A stretch of 64,000 bases of DNA from Macrostomum lignano. Lineage: Eukaryota. The notes below the pieces were generated by a model. The model did no database searches. It had not been told where the DNA came from and saw only the letters and a list, made by a program, of their open reading frames with translations. A program made the translations under genes and the position numbers. Below, one piece after another: positions 50,890 to 64,000 of the stretch (position 1 is its first letter; every line of letters starts with the position of its first letter). The stretch spans positions 1 to 64,000 of the forward strand of contig NIVC01002437.1 of assembly GCA_002269645.1 (NCBI GenBank), read 5' to 3'.

Positions 50890-51430
50890 CTCCATTCTCC
50901 CTGTCCTCTTCTCTTCTCTCCTCTCCTCTCCTCTCTTCTCCTCTCCTCTCTCCTCTCTCCTTTCCTCTCTCCTCTCTCTTCTCCTCTCTCCTTTCCTCTC
51001 TCCTCTCTCTTCTCCTCACTCCTTTCCTCTCTCCTCTCTCTTCTCCTCTCCCCTTTCCTCTCTCCTCTCTCTTCTCCTCTCTCCTCTCTCTTCTCCTCTC
51101 TCCTTTCCTCTCTCCTCTCTCTTCTCCTCTCTCCTTTCCTCTCTCCTCTCTCTTCTCCTCTCTCCTTTCCTCTCTCCTCTCTCTTCTCCTCTCCCCTTTC
51201 CTCTCTCCTCTCTCCTCTCCTCTCTCCTCTCTCTTCTCTCTCCTTTCCTCTCTCTTCCCTTCTCCCTCCTCTCCACTCTTCTCTCTCCTCTCTCCTCTCT
51301 CTTCGCTCTTCTCTTTCTCTCTCCTCTCTTTCTTCTCCTCTCTCCTTTCTCCTCTCTCCTCTCTCCTCTCTCCTCTCTCTTCCCCTTCCTTTTTAATCCT
51401 TCTCTCGTCTTGTCTCATCTCTTCTTCTTC
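50890..51430. repeat. Polypyrimidine CT-rich repeat tract
   Basis: (CTCTC/CTTCT)n composite. Confidence 0.9.
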
Positions 51431-52136
51431 ATCTTCTCTGTCCTTTTGAAGTATTTTTTATCATTCTGTTTGTCGAAAAAGAAGAAATTAAAGTTCGTTC
51501 GACTATCTTATATAAATATATTGTTGCTGTCTTATAAGTAGACTTTGAGTAGTGTGCTGCAGATCTCATCTGTATAATTTTCGTGATTAACAAAAAAAGC
51601 AATGATGAACTCAACTTTTAAAGGTTCAATACAGGCACAGTGTAATTTCCAATGACACCATTTTTTTATACAATGCCTTTCTCTTGCAGACAAAGCAAAT
51701 TTTGCTCATGCAAAATATGAGCAAGTCCTATTTGCTAAAACTAAACTCAAAGAATCCACAAATAATTGTTTACCCTCGACAAACAAAAAAGGTAAACTGA
51801 AAAAAGTTTTTTAAAATATCCAGTAGTTGACTTGGAGACCAAACAGGTACCCACGCTGATAAGGCGGCTAAGCCGCTAAGGCTTGAGTAAGTTGATCCGC
51901 TATATATCTTGCCGACAGATGTAGATAAGGCCTCAGCTCATTTTCTAGGCAAATATTGACTACTGCAACAGCCACTAAGTCACACTTATGCAAATATAAG
52001 TTTTTTCTGAGGCCTTTCAACTAGTAATGGGTTCAGGAGTAGATTGACATCCTCTGTGCACTCTGCTTTGCGTTCTCTTGCAGACAGAGTTCTTGTATGT
52101 TCTTCTGGAGCATGGCGTGAGACAGTCTAGGGGTTG

Positions 52137-52647
52137 AATTGGCGCCTAGCATATCTAATTGGCGCCTAGCATATCTAATTGGCGCCTAGCATATCTAATT
52201 GGCGCCTAGCATATCTAATTGGCGCCTAGCATATCTAATTGGCGCCTAGCATATCTAATTGGCGCCTAGCATATCTAATTGGCGCCTAGCATATCTAATT
52301 GGCGCCTAGCATATCTAATTGGCGCCTAGCATATCTAATTGGCGCCTAGCATATCTAATTGGCGCCTAGCATATCTAATTGGCGCCTAGCATATCTAATT
52401 GGCGCCTAGCATATCTAATTGGCGCCTAGCATATCTAATTGGCGCCTAGCATATCTAATTGGCGCCTAGCATATCTAATTGGCGCCTAGCATATCTAATT
52501 GGCGCCTAGCATATCTAATTGGCGCCTAGCATATCTAATTGGCGCCTAGCATATCTAATTGGCGCCTAGCATATCTAATTGGCGCCTAGCATATCTAATT
52601 GGCGCCTAGCATATCTAATTGGCGCCTAGCATATCTAATTGGCGCAT
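52137..52647. repeat. Perfect 20-bp minisatellite (AATTGGCGCCTAGCATATCT), ~25 copies
   Basis: No variant units seen. Confidence 0.97.
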
Positions 52648-52879
52648 CCATGACGCATTCATCCAGTCTCTGGTGCTCTACCCGGACTTGACTGTCTGCG
52701 CACTCCTTGTCAAGTTATAAATAATGCTTTCTTTTAAATTAACATGTTACAGATTCAAATTTTGCTTTCGAGAATTCAATTGTCTTCTGAGCTTTTTTAT
52801 GACTTCCCTTTTTGGATGACTGGGCGGCATCGCTCAGGAAGTGATAAATTGCATGTGTATGAGTTATCTGCTTACCATT

Positions 52880-53930
52880 CCTCCTCTCCTCTCCTCTCCT
52901 CTCCTCTCCTCTCCTCTCCTGTCCTCTCCTCTCCTCTCCTCTCCTCTCCTCTCCTCTCCTCTCCTCTCCTCTCCTCTCCTCTCCTCTCCTCTCCTCTCCT
53001 CTCCTGTCCTCTCCTCTCCTCTCCTCTCCTCTCCTCTCCTCTCCTCTCCTCTCTCCTCTCCTCCTCTCCTCTCCTCTCCTCTCCTCTCCTCTCCTCTCCT
53101 CTCCTCTCCTCTCCTCTCCTCTCCTCTCCTCTCCTCTCCTCTCCTCTTCTCTCCTCTCCTCTCCTCTCCTCTCCTCTCCACTCTCTTCTCTCTTCTCCTC
53201 TCTACTCTCCTCTCTCTTCCCTTCTCTCTCCTCTCCACTCTTCTCTCTCATTTCTCCTCTCCTCGCTCCTCTCTCCTCTCTCTTCTCTCCACTCTCCTCT
53301 TTCCTTTCTCTTCTCCCACTCTCCTCTCTCCTCTCTCCTCTCCTCTCCTCTCCTCTCCTCTCCTCTCCTCTCCTCTCCTCTCCTCTCCTCTCCTCTCCTC
53401 TCCTCTCCTCTCCTCTCCTCTCCTCTCCTCTCCTCTCCTCTCCTCTCCTCTCCTCTTCTCTCCTCTCCTCTCCTCTCCTCTCCTCTCCACTCTCTTCTCT
53501 CTTCTCCTCTCTACTCTCCTCTCTCTTCCCTTCTCTCTCCTCTCCACTCTTCTCTCTCATTTCTCCTCTCCTCGCTCCTCTCTCCTCTCTCTTCTCTCCA
53601 CTCTCCTCTTTCCTTTCTCTTCTCCCACTCTCCTCTCTCCTCTCTCCTCTCCTCTCCTCTCCTCTCCTCTCCTCTCCTCTCCTCTCCTCTCCTCTCCTCT
53701 TCTCTCCTCTCCTCTCCTCTCCTCTCCTCTCCACTCTCCACTCTCTTCTCTCTTCTCCTCTCTACTCTCCTCTCTCTTCCCTTCTCTCTCCTCTCCACTC
53801 TTCTCTCTCATTTCTCCTCTCCTCGCTCCTCTCTCCTCTCTCTTCTCTCCACTCTCCTCTTTCCTTTCTCTTCTCCCACTCTCCTCTCTCCTCTCTCCTC
53901 TCTTCTCCTCTCCTCTCCTCTCCTCTTCAA
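52880..53930. repeat. (CTCTC)n pentanucleotide tract with a higher-order ~290-bp triplication
   Basis: The block CCACTCTCTTCTCTCTTCTCCTCTCTACTCTCC... recurs near 53180, 53490 and 53740. Confidence 0.9.
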
Positions 53931-54659
53931 TGATTCAAAACAGTACAGACGACAGAATAGACGAAAGTATAGAAAGATAAGGTAAATAGAGCACAATATA
54001 TTTTATGACCTATTTTAATGTCAGCAGCATGCTATACAAATCTTCTACGAAAATTAGTCAATCTAAAATGTTTCTAAGCGAAACAGGTCTCAACCTACAG
54101 TCGAGTCAAATACTGCGCAGAAGGACTGGAAAGGCCAGTTTTTGCCGGCCTGTATGCAAGTGCAGTTGCTAAGCAGAATGTCTTCACCTCCAACTGCCGA
54201 GTTAAGTACATCGAGCTCAATAAATTATGCGACAATTCTAATCTCTAACTCTTAGTGCGCCCTATAGAGATTTTTCATAAACTGACACTATGCTGCTAAG
54301 ATTGGTACGGCACCAACCCCTAGCACTGGTGGCTCTTATCTTGCCTATGAAATCTCTGCTGTAAACTCGACAAATTAATTCAATTTTGCGGAATGAATGA
54401 CAACTTGCTTGCAATTGATGGCTGACTTTCATTTACGGTTAGTTTGAATCATTGAAAATGATGACTGACAGGTTGGTTGGGGACTGATTGACAGGTGTCA
54501 CTGGCTGGTGCGACCGATGTGTCTGTGCGTCTTCAATATTCAGCTTGTACTTGGCATTTTTGAACTTTTATGGGAAGCTTGTTCATTTTGTGTAGTTTGT
54601 TAAGTTTTCTTATAATGATTAGATTAATAAAGTACATCTTGGTAATGATTGAATGAGTC

Positions 54660-55900
54660 TGAATCTCTGTGTGTCTCTGCGTGTCTTTGTGTCTCTTTCT
54701 GTGTGTCACTCTGTGTCTCTGTGTGTCTTTGTGTGTCTCTCTGTGTGTCTCTGTGTGTCTCTGTGTATCTTTCTGTCTCTTTTTGTGTTCCTGTGTGTCT
54801 TTCTGTGTCTTTTTGTGTCTCTATGTGTCTTTCTGTCTCTTTTTGTGTCTCTGTGTGTCCTTCTGTCTCTCTGTGTGTCTCTGTGTCTCTGTGTCTCTGT
54901 GTCTCTGTGTCTCTTTGTCTCTCTGTGTCTCTGTGTCTCTTTGTCTCTTTGTCTCTCTGTGTCTCTCTGTATCTCTGTGTCTCTGTGTCTCTTTGTGTGT
55001 CTCTCTGTGTGTCTCTGTGTGTCTCTGTGTGTCTTTCTGTCTCTTTTTGTGTCTCTGTGTGTCTTTGTGTGTCTTTGTGTCTCTTTTTGTGTCTCTGTGT
55101 GTCTTTGTGTGCCTTTTTGTCGCTCTGTGTGTCTCTGTGTGTCTCTGTGTGTCTCTGTGTGTCTCTGTGTGTCTTTCTGTCTCTCTGTGTGTCTCTGTGT
55201 GTCTCTTTGTCTCTATGTGTCTCTCTGTGTCTCTGTGTCTCTGTGTCTCTGTGTCTCTTTGTCTCTCTGTGTCTCTGTGTCTCTTTGTCTCTTTGTCTCT
55301 CTGTGTCTCTCTGTATCTCTGTGTCTCTGTGTCTCTTTGTGTGTCTCTCTGTGTGTCTCTGTGTGTCTCTGTGTGTCTTTCTGTCTCTTTTTGTGTCTCT
55401 GTGTGTCTTTGTGTGTCTTTGTGTCTCTTTTTGTGTCTCTGTGTGTCTTTGTGTGCCTTTTTGTCGCTCTGTGTGTCTCTGTGTGTCTCTGTGTGTCTCT
55501 GTGTGTCTTTCTGTCTCTCTGTGTGTCTCTGTGTGTCTTTCTGTCTCTCTGTGTGTCTCTGTGTGTCTTTCTGTCTCTCTGTGTGTCTCTGTGTGTCTCT
55601 CTGTCTCTCTGTGTGTCTGTGTATCTTTTTGTGTCTCTGTGTGTCTTTCTGTCTCTTTTTGTGTCTCTGTGTGTCTCTCTGTCTCTCTGTGTGTCTGTGT
55701 ATCTTTTTGTGTCTCTGTGTGTCTTTCTGTCTCTTTTTGTCTCTGTGTGTCTTTGTGTGGTGCTTCTTTGTCGCTTTGTGTGTCTCTGTGTGTCTATAAG
55801 TCTTTCTGTCTCTCTGTGTGTCTCTGTGTCTCTGTGTCTCTCTGTGTCTCTCTGTGTCTCTCGCTGTGTGTCTCTGTGTGTCTCTGTCTTTCTCTGTCCG
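54660..55900. repeat. TG/TC-rich low-complexity repeat (GTGTCTCT)n
   Basis: Direct inspection. Confidence 0.92.
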
Positions 55901-56178
55901 TCTCTAAAGTCAAGATCACGTGTTCCCATAATCGGGTGTACCTATAATTCTAGCCGATCAAATTTCTGAATTTGCTGAGAGCACACTCACCTTGCCATTA
56001 CCGCAGGCGGGCCAAAGCGTTGCAGCAAAGTCTGTCTTCATTGGCCGAGTCAAAACGCAAGCAAATGAGGCGAAAAACAGTCTGTATAAAACTGGCTCAC
56101 TGCACCGCACATATCGTCAAATAGATTGATAAAAGGTACTGATAAAATAGTAGAAAAAAATATTCGCTTGATTGTTTG

Positions 56179-59100
56179 ATGGCGACTCAAACTGAGCACA
56201 GTCTGCAATGGTACGACTATCTGGTATTCGGCTTGGTGCTGGCCTTCTCCGGTGGTGTCGGCATTTTCTTCGCCTTCAGAGCTCGACGGAACACCTCGCA
56301 GGAGGAGTATCTCCTGGCTAGCAAGCAGCTGACTGTCGGGCCTATCGCTCTGTCCTTGTTGGCCAGCTTCATCTCGGCCATCACCCTGCTCGGTGAGACT
56401 CTCGGCAGAATCTTTTAAATCTTCCGATCTAAGCGTCGCCATCTAAGTCATCATCCTGCATCTCTGCACGTGATCCTACAGCACGTCTGTTCACGTCTCG
56501 CTTCCATTCTAGCGCTTTAGGTTGCCTAGAGTTTTTACTTAATTCATTACTTGCTTTAGTAGATTAGTGCTCTAGAGTGGAAGCCAGTCATAGAAAGGAA
56601 GTCGTTGGGAGACGCACTGTAGGACGTCATTGAGAGACGTACTGTAGGACGTCATTGAGAGACGCACTGTAGGACTTCATTGAGAGACGTACTGTAGGAC
56701 GTCATTGAGAGACGACTGTAAGAAGATGTTAAGGGACGTACTGTAGGACTTCGTTGAGAGACGTACTATATAATTAGGGATGTTTTTGACTCGAATACTT
56801 ATCGAGAAACCACTTAACTGACATTGCATCCAGGAACGCCGTCAGAGATTTACGTCTACGGAACGCAGTACGTCTGGATTGGCGTATCTTACTTCTTCGT
56901 GATTTTGGCAGCCAACGAGGTGTTCATACCGGTTTTTCACCGACTAAGGGTGAACACGTCGTATCAGTACCTGCGACTGCGCTTTCACAAGTGCGTCCAG
57001 ATTGCTGGGTCGATCAGCTTCTGCGTACAGATGGTCCTGTACATGGGCATCGTGATCTACGCACCGTCATTGGCTCTGAGCCAAGGTGGGACTTACGAGC
57101 TTCTAGGCTACTATTTAGATTGTACTGTAGATTTGTCTGTAGTATTGTAGATTCTTGGTAGATCGATGACAGACTAGCGGTTGATTGACGGATTTTAAAT
57201 AGATTGGCAGTAGACTATACTGTAGATTGTAAATAGATTAGCAGTAGATTTTACTTTAGATTAGCAGAATGAACTGGTTTCGTTCAAATTAAAACTTTTC
57301 AGTAACCGGATTTAACGTTTGGATAGCCGTAGCTTCCATTGGTCTGGTAGCCACATTCTACACCAGCATTGTGAGTCTTTTGCATGCAATTAATAGAACT
57401 TGCACCTATTACATTTCAAAGTGCATCGAATCAACGCTTAACAACGCCTCAAATTTAGGGTGGCATCAAAGCGGTTGTATGGACGGACGTGTTCCAGATT
57501 GTCATGATGCTGACAGGCCTGGTGGCCACTCTAATTCGCGGAATCATGGTTGTCGGAGGCTTCGCAGCCATGTGGGAAAAGGCGGACCAGGGACGAAGAA
57601 TCGAGTTTTTTAAGTGAGCGGAGACTTCTATTTTTGAGATTATTTTCTACTTTTCTACTTAAAGTAAAGTAGCGCTTTAAAATATCAAAAATTTCACTTT
57701 TCTAAAATGTATTTTTTATAGTTTCTCTATTTATCAGTATGAGTTTCTAAGAAAGGAGATTTAGTACGACAATATTGATATGCTATTGGGGATATCAACA
57801 TCCCCATATGCCACTTGGGGCCATCTAGGAATGGAAGTTCTAAGAAAAGGATCTAGGATTCTAAGAACAGGGATCTAGGATTCTAAGAACAGGGATCTAG
57901 GATTCTAAGAATGGGAATCTAGAAATTCTAAGACTGGGGATCTAGGATTCTAAGAATAGGGATCTAAGATTCTAAGAATGGGGATCTAAGATTCTAAGAA
58001 TGGGGATCTAAGATTCTAAGAATGGGGATCTAGGATTCTAAGAATGGGGGTCTAGAAATTCTAAGAAAAGGGATCTAGCATTCTAAGAATGGGAATCTAA
58101 GATTCTAAGAATGGGGATCTAAGATTCTAAGAATGGGGATCTAGGATTCTAAGAACAGGGATCTAGGATTCTAAGAATGGGGATCTAGGATTCTAAGAAC
58201 AGGGATCTAGGATTCTAAGAATGGGGGTCTAGAAATTCTAAGAAAAGGGATCTAGCATTCTAAGAATGGGAATCTAAGATTCTAAGAATGGGGATCTAAG
58301 ATTCTAAGAATGGGGATCTAGGATTCTAAGAACAGGGATCTAGGATTCTAAGAATGGGGATCTAGGATTCTAAGAACAGGGATCTAGCATTCTAAGAATG
58401 GGAATCTAAGATTCTAAGAATGGGGATCTAATATTCTAAGAATGGGGATCTAGGATTCTAAGAACAGGGATCTAGGATTCTAAGAATGGGGATCTAGGAT
58501 TCTAAGAACAGGGATCTAGGATTCTAAGAATGGGGATCTAGGATTCTAAGAACAGGGATCTAGGATTCTAAGAATGGGGATCAAGGATTCTAAGAATGGG
58601 GATCTAGGATTCTAAGAATGGGAATCTAGGATTCTAAGAATGACATATAGGATTCTAAGAATGGGAATCTAGGATTCTAAGAATGACATATAGGATTCTA
58701 AGAATGGGGATCTAGGATTCTAAGAACAGGGATCTAGGATTCTAAGAATGGGGATCTAGGATTCTAAGAACAGGGATCTAGGATTCTAAGAATGGGGGTC
58801 TAGAAATTCTAAGAAAAGGGATCTAGCATTCTAAGAATGGGAATCTAAGATTCTAAGAATGGGGATCTAAGATTCTAAGAATGGGGATCTAGGATTCTAA
58901 GAACAGGGATCTAGGATTCTAAGAATGGGGATCTAGGATTCTAAGAACAGGGATCTAGGATTCTAAGAATGGGGATCTAGGATTCTAAGAACAGGGATCT
59001 AGGATTCTAAGAATGGGGATCTAGGATTCTAAGAACAGGGATCTAGGATTCTAAGAATGGGGATCTAGGATTCTAAGAATGGGGATCTAGGATTCTAAGA

Positions 59101-62100
59101 ATGGGGATCTAAGATTCTAAGAATGGGGATCTAGGATTCTAAGAACAGGGATCTAGGATTCTAAGAATGGGGATCTAGGATTCTAAGAACAGGGATCTAG
59201 GATTCTAAGAATGGGGATCTAGGATTCTAAGAACAGGGATCTAGGATTCTAAGAATGGGGATCTAGGATTCTAAGAATGGGAATCTAGGATTCTAAGAAT
59301 GGGGATCTAGGATTCTAAGAATGGGGATCTAGGATTCTAAGAATGGGAATCTAGGATTCTAAGAATGACATATAGGATTCTAAGAATGGGGATCTAGGAT
59401 TCTAAGAAGGAGATGTAGAAATTCTAACAAAAAGGGATCTAGTCTAAGCTTCTAAGAATGGGGATTTACAAATTCTAAGAAAAGGAATCTAGGTTCTAAG
59501 AATGAGATCTAGGATTCTAAGAATAGGTGACTAACAATTTTGAAAATTGAATCAAGGATTCCATGATTTGAGGTTAAAATATAGGAACTCAAGAATACCT
59601 TTTGGGATTAAGAATTCTGCTCAGAAACAAATCAGTAGAGTTAACTCAAGATAATCCATGATTTTCATCGCAGCCTATCGCTGGACCCAACTGAACGACA
59701 CACTGTGTGGACTCAAATTGTGGCCAACACCTTTGTTTGGCTGTCCATCTATGGCATCAACCAGACCATGGTTCAGCGCTGCCTGAGTCTCAGCTCGCTT
59801 CGACAAATCAAGATGTGAGTTAAAATACTAAAAGTTAAGCAAAAATGTCTTACTTTCTACTTGTGATAGTTAGTAGTGTACCACGCGCGTGCGTGATAGT
59901 TTTATATTAATTATAAATATCCAATTCAAGCGCCTATTGGATCAACATGCCCGGCCTGTTCCTACTGATGCTGACTTGCTCAATCTGCGGCATGACCATA
60001 TTTGCCGCCTACGGCACCTGCGACCCCCTGCTGAGCGGACGAATTACGGCTAATGATCAGGTGTGATTGAATTTTAGTTCTGAAAAATAAATATCGGTAT
60101 ACATTCTGAATGATGCTACTGAGTAGGTAAAATTAGACAATAACTACTTTATTCAATTATAAATTGAAATCATTCTCAATTATGCTACTAATAGTAGATA
60201 AAATTAGACAAAAACCACTTTCTTAATTCAATAATTAACTCTGAATTATTTTGCATCATGCTACTATAAGTAGATCAATTTCCACAAAATGAAACATTCC
60301 AGCTAATGCCGCTGTTTGTAATGGACTACCTGCATTCGTTTCCTCCTCTACCTGGGATTTTTGTTGCGTCAGTTTTTAGCGGCGCGCTCAGGTAAAGGCA
60401 TGAATGAATTCTAGCTTAAGCTGCAATTATAGTTTAAACAGGTAAAGCGGATCGCAATTTTAGCACAGTGTCCTCTGGCATGAACTCTTTGGCCTCCGTG
60501 ACCGTGAATGACATTCTCGATCGGGCATTAATTAACTACACTGAGAAGAAAAAAACTATTCTATGCAAGATTATTGGTGAGTAAACATTTCATTAACTGG
60601 TTGTAATTATGAATAACTTACGAGTAATCAATAAACAATTGTTATGACTGTTTCAATTTTTTAGCTGCAGTCTATGGCTTGACAAGCTTGGGCTTTGCGG
60701 TTCTGGCTTCCGTGATGGGACCCGTGCTGCAGGTATGATATTGGGTGTGTCGGTAGATGATATCGGCTGTGTCAGTAGATGATATTGGGTGTGTCAGTAG
60801 ATGATATTGGGTGTGTCAGTAGATGATATCGGCTGTGTCAGTAGATGATGTTGGGTGTGTCAGTAGATGATATCGGCTGTGTCAGTAGATGATGTTGGTT
60901 GTGTCAGTAGATGATGTTGGGTGTGTCAGTAGATGATGTTGGGTGTGTCAGTAGATGATGTTGGGTGTGTCAGTAGATGATGTTGGGTGTGTCAGTAGAT
61001 GATATTGGGTGTGTCAGTAGATGATATCGGATGTGTCAGTAGATGATGTTGGGTGTGTCAGTAGGTGATATTGGATGTGTCAGTAGATGATATTGGGTGT
61101 GTCAGTTGATGGATGATATTTGATGTGTCAGTAGATGATATCGGATGTGTCAGTAGATGATATCGGATGTGTCAGTAGATGATATCGGATGTGTCAGTAG
61201 ATGATGTTGGGTGTGTCAGTAGGTGATATTGGATGTGTCAGTAGATGATATTGGGTGTGTCAGTTGATGGATGATATTTGATGTGTCAGTAGATGATATC
61301 GGATGTGTCAGTAGATGATATCGGATGTGTCAGTAGATGATGTTGGGTGTGTCAGTAGGTGATATTGGATGTGTCAGTAGATGATATTGGGTGTGTCAGT
61401 TGATGGATGATATTTGATGTGTCAGTAGATGATATCGGATGTGTCAGTAGATGATATTGGATGTGCCATGGATTCAGAAAACTCCTTGTTGACCACCCAC
61501 AGGCAGCACTAGGAATTTTCGGCATGGTCGGAGGCCCACTGCTGGGAGTCTTCACTCTAGGAATGTTCTTCCGCGTCGCCAACTGGAAGGTGAATAAAAC
61601 TAATTAATGCAAAAATGGAAGTCAAACTAAAAAATGACTTTGAAACGAAAAACTGTGGAGAAGTAACACAATTATATAAAATAGGAAAAATGCCCCATAC
61701 TTTCAAATTGGAAAGTACACATTACATAAAAATGTAAAACTACACACATTACATAAAAATGTAAAACTACACACATTACATAAAAATGTAAAACTACACA
61801 CATTACATATAAATGTAAAACTACACACATTACATTAAAATGTAAAACTACACACATTACATATAAATGTAAAACTGCACACATTACATAAAAATGTAAA
61901 ACTACACACATTACATATAATGTAAAACTACACACATTACATAAAAATGTAAAACTACACACATTACATGAAAATGTAAAACTGCACACAGTACATAAAA
62001 ATGTAAAACTACACACATTACATAAAAATGTAAAACTACACACATTACATAAAAATGTAAAACTACACACATTACAAAAAATGTAAAACTACACATTACA

Positions 62101-63874
62101 TATAAATGTAAAACTACAAATTACATAAAAATGTAAAACTACACACATTACATAAAAATGTAAAACTACACATTACATCAAAATGTAAAACTACATATTG
62201 CATCAAAATGTAAAACTACACACATTACATAAAAATGTAAAACTACACATTACGTAAAGAAACATTACAACAATTGCAGGGAGCCGCTGCTGGTCACCTT
62301 GTCAGTCAGATATTCGTATTCTGGATCGGATTCGGCTACTATGTGCATGGAGTCCAAGCTCCCACCAAGCCTATGTACACCTACAACTGCACCTCGCACC
62401 CAGAAGCTGGACTCAACTCGAGCAGCACTGTTGGCGCCACGACTGCTACATCTCCTGCGACCACCGCTGTGCCAAGGTGCGCCGATTTTACCTGCTTGAT
62501 TTATACTACGGCTCGTACTTCTAAAGCAGATTGAGTAGATCATATGCAAAGTAGAGATAAATGTCTAAATAGATACTCGTATCTATGTAGAATAGATATC
62601 TTTTATAATATATATAAACGATTATATCTATAATTAGATATTTATAAACTAAATTTCAGCGAGCCTTACATCCTGCCGGCTTACAAAGTGTCTTACACCT
62701 GGTATGCAATGTACGGATGGTTGACCGCCATTCTGGTTGGCCTTGTGGTTAGCCTGCTGACCAGAGGTGAGTGGCATGCAGCTGCTTTTGAGCTTTTCTT
62801 CTCATTTGAGTAGCTTTCTACCCATTTCGGTAGCTGTCTATTCAATCGGGTAGATTTCTACTCATTTGGGTAGCTTTCTACCCATTTCAGTAGCTGTCTA
62901 TTCAATCGGGTAGATTTCGACTCATTTCGATAGCTTTCTACTCATTTGGGTAGCTTTCTACTCATTTATGTAGCTTTCTACTCATCTATGTAGCTATCTA
63001 CTTATTGATGTAGATGTCTACTCATTTAAGTTGCTTTCTACTCATTTGGGTAGCTTTCTACTCATTTATGTAGCTTTCTACTCATTTATGTAGCTATCTA
63101 CTCATTTATGTAGCTTTCTACTCATCTATGTAGCTATCTACTTATTTATGTAGATGTCTACTCATTTAAGTTGCTTTCTACTCATTTGGGTAGCTTTCTA
63201 CTAATTTGGGTAGCTTTCTACTAATTTGGGTAGCTTTCTACTCATTTGGGTAGCTTTCTACTCATTTGGGTAGCTTTCTACTCATTTGGGTAGCTTTCTA
63301 CTCATTTGGGTAGCTTTCTACTCATTTGGGTAGCTTTCTACTCATTTGGGTAGCTTTCTACTCATTTGGGTAGCTTTCTACTCATTTGGGTAGCTTTCTA
63401 CTCATTTGGGTAGCTTTCTACTCATTTGGGTAGCTTTCTACTCATTTGGGTAGCTTTCTACTCATTTGGGTAGCTTTCTACTCATTTGGGTAGCTTTCTA
63501 CTCATTTGGGTAGCTTTCTACTCATTTATGTAGCTATCTACTTATTGATGTAGATGTCTACTGATTTAAGTAGCTTCCTACTCTGATACATGTAGGTAGC
63601 ATTCTTTTCATTTAGATAGCTTATTTTACTCATTTGGTCACCTACTCGAACAAATCTCAACTTTCCAGACAAGGAGGCTGAAAAGAACATCCCCAGAGAC
63701 TACTTCACCCCGATGGTTCGACATTTCATGAAGCCGACGCCTGAGGATATTCAGCGCCAGATGAGCCAGCAGAAGGAACAGCAGGAACTGGAGTTTGACA
63801 AGGCCGTGTCCATACTCAAGCAGGATCGCGAGAACAATGGGAAATATGAATTTGAGATGGCACCAGCGGAACTG
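56179..63874 (+). CDS. SLC5 sodium:solute symporter (SMVT/SMCT/NIS-like); exons 56179-56392, 56834-57085, 57303-57370, 57459-57613, 59674-59814, 59931-60060, 60303-60391, 60464-60576, 60665-60732, 61503-61589, 62280-62476, 62660-62766, 63669-63874; C-terminal end uncertain
   Basis: Motifs [100 protein letters not shown]...[57 protein letters not shown]; phases consistent throughout. Confidence 0.95.
56600..56770. repeat. 25-bp minisatellite (GAGAGACGTACTGTAGGACGTCATT), ~6 copies, SLC5 intron 1
   Basis: Direct inspection. Confidence 0.85.
57830..59530. repeat. 22-bp minisatellite (GGGGATCTAGGATTCTAAGAAT), ~75 copies, SLC5 intron 4
   Basis: Direct inspection. Confidence 0.96.
60733..61465. 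repeat. 22-bp minisatellite (GTAGATGATATTGGGTGTGTCA), SLC5 intron 9
   Basis: Begins at the splice donor. Confidence 0.95.
61715..62260. repeat. 27-bp minisatellite (AAAATGTAAAACTACACACATTACATA), SLC5 intron 10
   Basis: Direct inspection. Confidence 0.95.
62800..63640. repeat. 20-bp minisatellite (TAGCTTTCTACTCATTTGGG), SLC5 intron 12
   Basis: Direct inspection. Confidence 0.95.
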
Positions 63875-63897
63875 GTAGGCCTCCACAATCAGTTTGC

Positions 63898-64000
63898 TCA
63901 GATACTAGACCTGTCACTTCATCATTCACCAGATACTAGACCTGTCACTTCATCATTCACCAGATACTAGACCTGTCACTTCATCATTCACCAGATACTA
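63898..64000. repeat. 31-bp minisatellite (CAGATACTAGACCTGTCACTTCATCATTCAC), truncated by window end
   Basis: Three-plus copies visible. Confidence 0.85.

Overview
Eukaryotic (animal, invertebrate) genomic DNA with spliceosomal GT-AG introns, GC-rich poly-Q/poly-A exons and many minisatellites. The style suggests a free-living flatworm such as Macrostomum, but that is inference only. Seven protein-coding genes can be assembled with consistent splice phases. In order: a secreted fibrinogen-related protein (2 exons), an unrecognised N-terminally membrane-anchored Cys-rich protein, an intronless C-type lectin + PAN/Apple protein, a Crypton/DUF3504-type tyrosine recombinase (minus strand, one intron), a ~2040-aa PRRC2/BAT2-like protein (11+ exons), a small PDZ protein, and an SLC5 (SMVT/SMCT-like) sodium:solute symporter whose model reaches the last ~130 nt of the window. 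There are also two tRNA-headed CORE-type SINE copies, a foldback element and about 30 tandem arrays; most long ORFs in the track are read-throughs of these arrays. Two observations stand out. (1) The recombinase gene is bracketed by lox-like motifs (ATATTT core, TGCCAT/CATTGC arms, one perfect 15-bp inverted pair), has a perfect 36-bp hairpin beside it, and carries a His-to-Gln change in its catalytic set. (2) One minisatellite occurs in opposite orientations in PRRC2 introns 4 and 7, bracketing a frame-preserving 1122-nt three-exon block, a candidate for loop-out skipping or circRNA formation.
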